Assembly (NCBI GenBank): GCA_039918435.1
Contig: JBDSHN010000075.1
Location: 13,342-77,341, forward strand
Length of the DNA: 64,000 nucleotides
Direction: 5' to 3'
DNA from: Bacteroidia bacterium
GTDB lineage: Bacteria; Bacteroidota; Bacteroidia; Palsa-965
Numbering within the stretch: position 1 is the first letter of the stretch; each line of letters starts with the position of its first letter. Positions 56,559 through 64,000 of the stretch are shown piece by piece. A program made the position numbers and the translations under genes. The notes below the pieces were generated by a model. It was not told the DNA's origin and made no database searches. It saw nothing but the letters and a program-made list of their open reading frames with translations.

Positions 56559-57734
56559 ATGGAAACCACCTTAGCAACCGATATCTCCCACGGACTCAAT
56601 TTCGAGCTTTCCGAAGAACATTTAATGATCCAGAAAGCTGCCCGTGATTTTGCGCAGAACGAATTGAAGCCCGGCGTAATTGAACGCGACGAGCACCAGA
56701 AATTTCCGACAGAGCAAGTGAAAAAGATGGGCGAACTCGGATTTTTAGGAATGATGGTGGATCCGAAATATGGAGGTGGCGGAATGGATACCATTTCCTA
56801 CGTGCTAGCGATGGAAGAAATTTCCAAAGTAGATGCTTCCTGCTCCGTGATCATGTCGGTGAATAATTCACTTGTTTGCTGGGGAATTCAAAATTTCGGT
56901 ACAGAAGAGCAAAAGCAAAAATATTTAATTCCGCTTGCAAAAGGCGAGATCATCGGAGCTTTCTGCCTTTCAGAACCGGAAGCAGGATCGGATGCAACTT
57001 CACAGCGCACAACTGCAATTGACAAAGGCGATCATTATTTGCTAAACGGAACAAAGAACTGGATTACCAATGGAAACAGCGCTTCTGTTTATTTGGTAAT
57101 TGCACAAACTGATGTTGCAAAAGGCCACAAAGGAATCAACGCATTCATCCTGGAAAAAGGAATGCCCGGATTTGTTGTTGGTCCGAAAGAAAATAAAATG
57201 GGCATTCGTGCCAGCGATACACATTCGCTCATGTTCACCGACGTAAAAGTTCCGAAAGAAAACCGCATCGGCGATGATGGATTCGGATTTAAGTTCGCAA
57301 TGAAAACATTAACCGGCGGACGAATCGGTATTGCATCTCAAGCACTTGGGATTGCATCGGGTGCTTACGAATTAGCACTCGGTTATTCCAAAGAAAGAAA
57401 AGCATTTGGCAAGCCAATTCACGAACACCAAGCCATTGCATTCAAGCTTGCCGATATGGCAACTGAAATTGAAGCCGCGCGTTTGTTATGTTTAAAAGCA
57501 GCATGGCACAAAGACATGCACATGGATTATGGTTTGTCGAGCGCAATGGCAAAATTATTCGCATCGCGTGTAGCAATGTGGGTAACCACAGAAGCAGTTC
57601 AGGTGCACGGCGGTTACGGTTACGTGAAAGAATACCACGTAGAACGCTTAATGCGCGATGCTAAAATTACGCAGATCTACGAAGGAACTTCAGAAGTGCA
57701 GAAGATCGTTATTTCAAGAAATATTCTTGGGTAA
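56559..57734 (+). CDS. Acyl-CoA dehydrogenase (short/medium-chain type)
   Basis: YGGGGMDTISYVLAMEEISKVDAS...GAFCLSEPEAGSDA...YEGTSEVQKIVISRNILG has the full ACAD architecture. 391 aa. Confidence 0.85.
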   Translation: METTLATDISHGLNFELSEEHLMIQKAARDFAQNELKPGVIERDEHQKFPTEQVKKMGELGFLGMMVDPKYGGGGMDTISYVLAMEEISKVDASCSVIMSVNNSLVCWGIQNFGTEEQKQKYLIPLAKGEIIGAFCLSEPEAGSDATSQRTTAIDKGDHYLLNGTKNWITNGNSASVYLVIAQTDVAKGHKGINAFILEKGMPGFVVGPKENKMGIRASDTHSLMFTDVKVPKENRIGDDGFGFKFAMKTLTGGRIGIASQALGIASGAYELALGYSKERKAFGKPIHEHQAIAFKLADMATEIEAARLLCLKAAWHKDMHMDYGLSSAMAKLFASRVAMWVTTEAVQVHGGYGYVKEYHVERLMRDAKITQIYEGTSEVQKIVISRNILG

Positions 57735-57740
57735 GGAAGG

Positions 57741-57777
57741 AATGTGCTAATCTGCTAATGGGTTAATGTGCTAATGA
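57741..57777. repeat. TGCTAAT-heptad repeat element, copy 2
   Basis: aatgtgctaatctgctaatgggttaatgtgctaatga lies 7 nt after the ACAD stop. A weak hairpin plus T-run follows at 57776-57808. Confidence 0.65.
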
Positions 57778-57942
57778 AAAAGCCGGTCTTAGTTGATCGG
57801 CTTTTTTGTGGGGTTTAGGAAAAGAAGTTGAAAATGATCAGGAGCTATTCCGGCTATCCGCTGCAAGTCCTCCCATAAAGTACGCGCTGCGCTTGACTTT
57901 ATGGTCCGGGCTTTACGCTGCTATCCGGGCTAAAAAAAATCA

Positions 57943-58620
57943 TTACAAACTAAAATACCGGATGAGTGCAAAAGTCAGCGCAAACAAACCAAGCGCCAGC
58001 GTAATAAGATAAACGGGCAACAACAACGCTGATCCTGCAACGAGCAACACAATAGTAAAAATAAGTCCGACAGTATCAGCAATTCCTGCTAAAACAAACA
58101 AAGTTGATTTCTTTTTATTTTTCGCGATCATGTAAACGAATCCGAGAAAATAAAACCAATAGGGAGGAAGCACAAGACAAACGAGCGTAAATAAAAAGAT
58201 AGTCACTGCATCGGATAACCATCCCGGCACACTGGCATTGCTTGGTAACAGTTTGTGTGTTGTTTTAACTTTAAATAAACTGCTTTTCGGATTTTTAATT
58301 TTCTGCTGCGTTTTCTTTTCTGCTGCATTTATTTTTGGAACCGGAGCAGTTGTAATTACTGTTTCATTTGTCTTTACATCGGCAATTATAACTGAAACAG
58401 AATCGGGTTGTTTGAGTTTAACCATTGGCGAAATTGAAGCCATCGCGCCTTCCTGTTTTTCAGAAGCGGAAACTGATTTGAGGCTTTCAACATAAAAACC
58501 TTTCCGGTAATGGCGTTTCTGAAGGTCGATTGCACCTATAGAAGAACAAGCGGCAAAAAAGAAACACAAAAGAAACACAAAAGCGGCCTGTTTGAAATCG
58601 GGGCGTTTTTTCATTAGCAT
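57943..58620 (-). CDS. Hypothetical membrane protein (lipoprotein-like N-terminus, C-terminal TM bundle)
   Basis: ...FLLCFFFAACSS..., then an extracytoplasmic segment and 4 C-terminal TM helices. The first codons (ATGCTAATG) are encoded by repeat copy 3. Confidence 0.45.
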   Translation of the reverse strand: MLMKKRPDFKQAAFVFLLCFFFAACSSIGAIDLQKRHYRKGFYVESLKSVSASEKQEGAMASISPMVKLKQPDSVSVIIADVKTNETVITTAPVPKINAAEKKTQQKIKNPKSSLFKVKTTHKLLPSNASVPGWLSDAVTIFLFTLVCLVLPPYWFYFLGFVYMIAKNKKKSTLFVLAGIADTVGLIFTIVLLVAGSALLLPVYLITLALGLFALTFALIRYFSL

Positions 58621-58655
58621 ATTAGCAAATTAACCCATTAGCAGATTAGCACATT
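58611..58655. repeat. TGCTAAT-heptad repeat element, copy 3, inverted relative to copy 2
   Basis: tcattagcatattagcaaattaacccattagcagattagcacatt is the reverse complement of aatgtgctaatctgctaatgggttaatttgctaatatgctaatga. Confidence 0.65.
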
Positions 58656-59990
58656 TCCAATTACCTCCATCTTCATGCCCCTCGAACCTTTAATTAAAAT
58701 CAACGCATTCTCCGGCATATTCTTTTTCATCCATTCCGCCGCCGCAGTTGCATCATCAAATTTAACCGAATTGTAACGGTACTTAGTATTCGCAAATAAT
58801 TTTCCAACCAGCACAACCGTTGAATCAGGAACTTTTTCTCCAATAAGATTTACCACCTGCTGATGTTCTTTCGCAGCAGCATCTCCCAATTCAAACATAT
58901 CGCCCAGCACAAGAATTTTTTTCTTCGCAGGCATTTTCGACATGTTTTCTATTGCCGCCGCCATGCTCGATGGATTTGCGTTGTAGCAATCGAGGAGCAT
59001 TGAATTGCTGCCACGCGTTTCTAATTGCGAACGTGCGTTTGAGGGAGCATAAGAAGCAATTGCATCATCAATTTCTTTTGCTTCAATTCCGAAATGAAAT
59101 CCCACAGCACAGGCGGCAATTAAATTCGGAAGATTGTATGCACCTGCCATTTTTGTCTGCACCTCATGCGATTCAATAGCGGGCGCAGACCATTCGAATT
59201 TCACAAAAGGATCGGCAGAAATTAATTTTCCATTCACATCTGCATTTCCTTTCGTTCCGTAGGTAAGCTGCTTCAGTTCCGCCGCACGGTGCACAATACG
59301 TTCATCATCGCTGAGTACAAAAGCAAAACCGCTTCTCTCCGCGAGAGCAATAAAAAGTTCGGTTTTACCAATGAGTACGCCCTCCGCACCACCAAAACCT
59401 TCCAGGTGCGCAAGGCCAACATTGGTGATCAATCCGAAATCAGGCTCTGCGATGGAGCTCAGCAATTCAATTTCTTTCTGGTGATTCGCGCCCATTTCAA
59501 TCACCGCCATTTCATGTGCTTCATTCAATTGCAGCAACGTAAGCGGCACACCAATATGGTTGTTGAGATTTCCTTCCGTAAAAAGTGTGTTGAATTTTTT
59601 TGAAAGCACGCGGGCAAGCAATTCTTTCGTCGTCGTTTTTCCATTGCTGCCTGTCAATCCAAAAACGCGCAATCCTTTTTTTCCTAATTGCTGACGATGA
59701 TAACGTGCAAGATTTTGCAATGCAGTAAGTACATCTTCCACAACCAGAAAAGCTTCTCCGTCGCCGGCTTCCATTTCATCGATTACCGCATACGCAGCTC
59801 CTTTTGCGAGTGCGTCTTTTGCAAATAAATTGCCATTGAAATTTCCGCCTTTCAACGCGAAGAAAATACTGCCCGCAATAATATTCCGTGTATCCGTAGA
59901 GATTTTCGGATGCTGGAGGAAAATAGAATAAAGTTTTTCTCTGCCGATCATTCTTGTATTCGTATCCGTTTCAAAGCGACGGATTCGCAC
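58638..59990 (-). CDS. murF: UDP-N-acetylmuramoyl-tripeptide--D-alanyl-D-alanine ligase
   Basis: Mur-ligase P-loop GLTGSNGKTTTKELL, the MurF-type N-terminal domain (IFFALKGGNFNGN) and a C-terminal domain. The true start may be the Met at 59951. Confidence 0.8.
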   Translation of the reverse strand: MRIRRFETDTNTRMIGREKLYSIFLQHPKISTDTRNIIAGSIFFALKGGNFNGNLFAKDALAKGAAYAVIDEMEAGDGEAFLVVEDVLTALQNLARYHRQQLGKKGLRVFGLTGSNGKTTTKELLARVLSKKFNTLFTEGNLNNHIGVPLTLLQLNEAHEMAVIEMGANHQKEIELLSSIAEPDFGLITNVGLAHLEGFGGAEGVLIGKTELFIALAERSGFAFVLSDDERIVHRAAELKQLTYGTKGNADVNGKLISADPFVKFEWSAPAIESHEVQTKMAGAYNLPNLIAACAVGFHFGIEAKEIDDAIASYAPSNARSQLETRGSNSMLLDCYNANPSSMAAAIENMSKMPAKKKILVLGDMFELGDAAAKEHQQVVNLIGEKVPDSTVVLVGKLFANTKYRYNSVKFDDATAAAEWMKKNMPENALILIKGSRGMKMEVIGNVLIC

Positions 59991-60083
59991 TTTCGTTTTT
60001 GTTCGTTTTTCGTACCCTTTGTAAAAGAAAGAGGCTCCAAGTTACAAAGAACTCAGAGCCTCAGAATATTTTGTGATCAGCTT

Positions 60084-61616
60084 TTATCCGCCGCCCAATC
60101 CTACAGGACTTCCTACGCGATCCATTGCGCAACGGAATCCAATGTAATCAGTTGCCTGCTGCTGGTCGAGGAAACGACGTGTTCCGGGCACCATCCAATA
60201 AGCTCTGTCACGCCATGAACCGCCTTTGTAAACGTGAGCCTTGTCGTTAATAAGGGAAGTCATTCCGAATTCATACATCAGCTTGTTTGGAGATACACTT
60301 GCTGGATCTGTATAATAAACAGATGATATTCCATCACCATCTCCGAAGCTGATATTGTCTGAATATTTATAGTTACGACGTTTGTCGAGCTTATCTTCTT
60401 TGTAAGCAATATTCACCTCGCGGTAACGAATACCTCCGGGAATTGAAACGATATTGCTGTCTTTGTCATAACGAACTGAATCTTCTACCGCGTAAGTTCC
60501 CGGGGTGAGTGAATCTTCCAGCTGTGTCTGGAATACATTTCCACGGAAAGCGCGGAAGTCAGCGTCATCTGTTTCAGACAAAGGACGATATACATCCATT
60601 ACCCACTCAGAAACGTTACCTGCCATATTGTACAAGCCGTAATCATTCGGCCAGTAAGAATAAACAGGAGCAGTAATATCAGCAGCATCATTCAACATAC
60701 CCGCAGTTCCCATGTTATCTCCATTGGAACGTTTGAAGTTTGCCTGCATCTGACCGATGTAACGCTCGTCAGGATTACGAACTGCATGCCCGTTCCATGG
60801 ATAAAGACGACGGTCAGTGATACGCTCGCCAACAGTATTTCCGATCAATCCATAAGCTGCGTATTCCCATTCCGCTTCTGTTGGGAGGCGGTATTTCGGA
60901 AGCAGGATTCCATCTTCCATGCGCACCATACGATCTTCAGGGCCGGTAGGGTTTAAGCTTGGAATATTCTGAACCACGTTTCCTACATAAGGATTGTTTG
61001 CTTTTGAACCTGCGAGATAATGATCCGTATTAAAAGTTGCATCATTTACCTGATCCGGTGCGAAATCAAGCACACCTTCACGGATGAGGATGAATTCGTT
61101 TACACGATCAGAGCGCCAGCTACAGAAGTTAGAAGCCTGAAGCCAGTTCACACCTACAACAGGATAATCCCTGTAAGAAGGATGGCGCAGGTAATAAGTT
61201 ACGTAAGGCTCATTATAAGCAAGCTTTTCGCGCCATACCAATGTGTCAGGCAATGCACCTACATAAACTTCAGGATAATCTGCCTGAAAAACACGGCCAG
61301 TCCAATACAAATACTCGAGGTAATCGAGGTTGCGGACTTCGGTTTCATCCATATAAAAGGAAGAAACAGTCACACGGCGTGGCTGATTATTCCAATCGTA
61401 ATTTACGTCTTGTTCCACGCGGCCCATTGTGAATGTACCACCTTCGATCATAACCAAGCCGGGACCTGTTTCCTGTTCTTCGTATGGTACAACCTCAAAA
61501 CCGCCATTGTTCGGGTCGTTGTAATTCCAGCCTGTTACATTGGAACGTTCCTTCTGACAAGAGGCCAGAAAAGTAATTCCTGCAATAAGCATCAACGGCA
61601 TCGCTGCTTTCTTCAT
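60084..61616 (-). CDS. gldJ: Gliding-motility lipoprotein GldJ (FGE-sulfatase/SUMF1-like)
   Basis: Lipoprotein signal LIAGITFLASC, then FGE-like regions (...GGTFTMG...RVTVSSFYMDETEVRNLDYLEY...MAGNVSEWV...). Its position next to porP/sprF and porU matches Flavobacterium-type loci. Confidence 0.65.
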   Translation of the reverse strand: MKKAAMPLMLIAGITFLASCQKERSNVTGWNYNDPNNGGFEVVPYEEQETGPGLVMIEGGTFTMGRVEQDVNYDWNNQPRRVTVSSFYMDETEVRNLDYLEYLYWTGRVFQADYPEVYVGALPDTLVWREKLAYNEPYVTYYLRHPSYRDYPVVGVNWLQASNFCSWRSDRVNEFILIREGVLDFAPDQVNDATFNTDHYLAGSKANNPYVGNVVQNIPSLNPTGPEDRMVRMEDGILLPKYRLPTEAEWEYAAYGLIGNTVGERITDRRLYPWNGHAVRNPDERYIGQMQANFKRSNGDNMGTAGMLNDAADITAPVYSYWPNDYGLYNMAGNVSEWVMDVYRPLSETDDADFRAFRGNVFQTQLEDSLTPGTYAVEDSVRYDKDSNIVSIPGGIRYREVNIAYKEDKLDKRRNYKYSDNISFGDGDGISSVYYTDPASVSPNKLMYEFGMTSLINDKAHVYKGGSWRDRAYWMVPGTRRFLDQQQATDYIGFRCAMDRVGSPVGLGGG

Positions 61617-61700
61617 GATAAATTTTGTTGAGTGTAGTAGATTTCCCTTTGATGTATAACGTTGAATTTCCCTTTTGTTACATGTGGCTCTGAAAATAAA

Positions 61701-62654
61701 TCAGAACGACGGGCAGCTTACGGTACGGAATTTCTTCTTTTTAGGCTTACACTGGAACTGCATCTGGAAAGAGAGTTCGTGTGAACCTGCCGTTGCATTG
61801 GTCAGCTTGGAGACTGTTACGTCATAGCTGTAACCGAATTTAAAGAGATCCTGCTGGAAACCGATCAGGAGAATGAATGAATCCTGGTTGCGGTACCACA
61901 AACCACCTACGATCGGGCCTTTGGTGAAATAGAGACCGAGATTAAGCTGTTGGAAATCCTGCTGCTTTTGGAAAAGAATATTCGGAGAAATGCTTGATTC
62001 GCCATAACGCCCCCCAAGTGGAATAACAGCGCCTGCGTGGCCTGTATATTTCAATGGAAGTTTTGAGGGTCCGAGAAATCCTTCATCAGGTTCTGTAATG
62101 TGGTGAACGGCAAACCCGAAGAAATAATGGCGGCTGTAACCGAGTAAACCTGCTGAAAAGTCAACGTTGGTGCGGCTTGTAACATTCGGAACCTCAGCTG
62201 TAGTGTATACGAATCCACGGCGCGGATCGATCATATCACCGAAATTCAGCTTGTTCCAGTCTACCGACTTTTGCATGTATGTAGCCTGTAAACCTACTTT
62301 AATTGAAAATTCACGGGTAACGTTAAGCTGGTAAGAATAAATTCCCGAAATGTTTGTGGTATTAATGGTAGCCTGTCCTGCGCGGTCATTGGTCATTATA
62401 AACCCAATTCCGCCACCGATTCCGTCAATATGCTGATCGTAGGAAGCGCTGTAGGTAACGAATGTTCCGGAAATACCTGGCCATTGGTTACGATAGTTCA
62501 GGCAGATACGCGGACAACGGGCAGTTCCTGCAAATGCAGGATTAAGATATAAAGGGTTGGCATAGAACTGTGTGAACTCAGGATCCTGAGCCATCAGATC
62601 GCCTAAACCGGCAGTAAATATCAAACCTAGAGCAATTACGACACGCTTGAGCAT
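61701..62654 (-). CDS. T9SS membrane protein PorP/SprF family
   Basis: AQDPEFTQFYANPLYLNPAFAG matches the PorP/SprF N-terminal signature (QDPQFSQY..N.L..NPA.AG). About 317 aa, with an outer-membrane beta-barrel-like C-terminus. Confidence 0.65.
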   Translation of the reverse strand: MLKRVVIALGLIFTAGLGDLMAQDPEFTQFYANPLYLNPAFAGTARCPRICLNYRNQWPGISGTFVTYSASYDQHIDGIGGGIGFIMTNDRAGQATINTTNISGIYSYQLNVTREFSIKVGLQATYMQKSVDWNKLNFGDMIDPRRGFVYTTAEVPNVTSRTNVDFSAGLLGYSRHYFFGFAVHHITEPDEGFLGPSKLPLKYTGHAGAVIPLGGRYGESSISPNILFQKQQDFQQLNLGLYFTKGPIVGGLWYRNQDSFILLIGFQQDLFKFGYSYDVTVSKLTNATAGSHELSFQMQFQCKPKKKKFRTVSCPSF

Positions 62655-62908
62655 GGGCAGGGTGTAAGAGATATGAAAACAATTTTACGTAAAATAAATG
62701 AAACAGTTTCAAAAAATATTCTTTTCTGAAACTGACATGCGCAATAAACTGTGTTTGCCTCCGTTATTCCCGTGGTTTGAAAGTCATCAGGAAATGCGGT
62801 TATCACCAAAAGTATCGTAATTTCCCGAAAAAAGCAACAAGCGGCCCTGAAAACCGTGATTAACTCAAGCATTCGCTACCTTTGAAACCCTTATACCTGC
62901 GGTAAACC

Positions 62909-64000
62909 ATGAGGATTTATAACATTAAACAATGCCTGCTCCTTTCATTCGCCCTCGCCGGGCTTTTTTTTCCGGCATCAGGACAAAGAACGGTTGTAAG
63001 AACCGAACCCAAGACTGAACCTAAGTATGTATTGAATTGGATGGTACCAGTCACCACCCAGTTTTCCGTTGCTGAATCCAAAACTTTTCTGGTTTTCGAC
63101 GGCGTCTCCTACGACGCTGAAAAAAATTATCTTCCTCTCTTTACCGAAATGCGCAAGCTTCCAGCAGGCAGCAATGCAGTTTCTGCAACTATTCAGAACC
63201 CCATTTATGCCCTGCTTGACCAGGCTTCAGTAACAGCGCTTGGAACAGCGTCCTCTTTTCTTACAGGAGAAGCACAGCTCAAAGTCAATTTTACTTTAAG
63301 CAGGAAAGAGCCCTTTGCAGACATTTCCATTATTCCATTACGTAAAAATCCTTCCACCGGACAAATTGAAAAGCTGGTGAGCTTCTCTTTAGACATCCAT
63401 GGAAATTCAAACGGACTTCGTATTTCAAGCTCAGCGGCTGTTGCGTTTGCTTCTTCTTCTGTTTTGGCAAGCGGAACATGGTACCGCATCGGCGTAACGA
63501 ATACCGGCATTCACAAGCTGAGCTATAATTTTCTTTCCGGCCTTGGCATTGACATGAGCACGTTAAGTCCATCGAACCTTCGTTTGTATGGAAATGGTCA
63601 TGGTCAATTGCCTTATTCCAATTCCGGAGCGCACCAGGATGATCTGCAGGAGTATGCTATTGCCGTCCGTGACCTGAATTCAAACGGAACTTTCGATACA
63701 GACGATTACGCTTTGTTCTACGGCACGTCACCGAATTCCTGGAAATACAATTCTACTCCTGGTCACGCACATTATCATCATTCCGTTCATAATTATTCCG
63801 ATACCACGTATTATTTTATCACAACTGATCTCGGTCCGGGAAAAAGAATTCAATCACAGGCTTCCAGTCCTGCAATACCCACACACACGGTGACCACCTT
63901 TGATGATTACCAGTTTCATGAGTTTGATTATGAAAACATGATCAAATCAGGACGTGAATGGTATGGTGAGAAATTCGACATTCTGAATTCTTACAGCTTC
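62909..64000 (+). CDS. porU: T9SS sortase PorU (C25-family), N-terminal part; the gene continues past the window
   Basis: The frame is open from the ATG at 62909 to the window end. A signal peptide is followed by SGTWYRIGVTNTGIHKLSYNFLSGLGID...LRLYGNGHGQLPYSN, which matches the PorU N-terminal region. The six-frame track omits it because it has no stop. Confidence 0.65.
   Translation, partial: MRIYNIKQCLLLSFALAGLFFPASGQRTVVRTEPKTEPKYVLNWMVPVTTQFSVAESKTFLVFDGVSYDAEKNYLPLFTEMRKLPAGSNAVSATIQNPIYALLDQASVTALGTASSFLTGEAQLKVNFTLSRKEPFADISIIPLRKNPSTGQIEKLVSFSLDIHGNSNGLRISSSAAVAFASSSVLASGTWYRIGVTNTGIHKLSYNFLSGLGIDMSTLSPSNLRLYGNGHGQLPYSNSGAHQDDLQEYAIAVRDLNSNGTFDTDDYALFYGTSPNSWKYNSTPGHAHYHHSVHNYSDTTYYFITTDLGPGKRIQSQASSPAIPTHTVTTFDDYQFHEFDYENMIKSGREWYGEKFDILNSYSF

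Overview
Most likely a Bacteroidota chromosome segment (Chitinophaga/Sphingobacteriia-like). The evidence is gliding/T9SS genes (gldJ, porP/sprF, porU), T9SS C-terminal sorting domains, TAnnTTTG -7 promoter motifs, and a DUF4271 gene next to a hemD-like gene. The window is mostly housekeeping genes on both strands. These include LPS glycosyltransferases, ctp, yidD-rnpA, a gcdH-like ACAD, recJ, dnaG, ispB-like, rlmN, ispD, queA, gpmI, folC, exbB-exbD-tonB, a Glu/Leu/Phe/Val dehydrogenase, anmK, murF and two tRNA-Val genes. Regulatory modules are an ECF sigma factor with a putative anti-sigma partner, a DGPF/YciI protein paired with an ECF42-like sigma factor (C-terminal extension), and a LytS/LytTR two-component system with an ABC transporter.

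The most unusual content is non-coding or semi-selfish.

- Three small YhbQ/UPF0213-type GIY-YIG genes each sit inside a repeat-bounded cassette. Two are inserted right after tRNA-Val genes with the same layout: tRNA, hairpin plus U-run, ORF, then a duplicated tRNA 3' end of 18-19 bp. The third is bounded by 34-bp inverted repeats and followed by a 4 x ~42-bp tandem array, with a third repeat copy in front of recJ.
- A 34-bp inverted-repeat pair (MITE-like) shares a CCGCGGCGGAC motif with the tail of one GIY-YIG cassette.
- Several dispersed intergenic repeat families occur. They include a TGCTAAT-heptad element (3 copies), a TACGAA-hexamer element (2 copies), and GGGACG/CGTCCC palindromic terminators (2 copies). 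Further long imperfect palindromes have arms built from short oligomer repeats.

I found no CRISPR array, rRNA genes, integrase or transposase. All functional calls are inferred from motifs I recognise in the translations, since no database search was possible.
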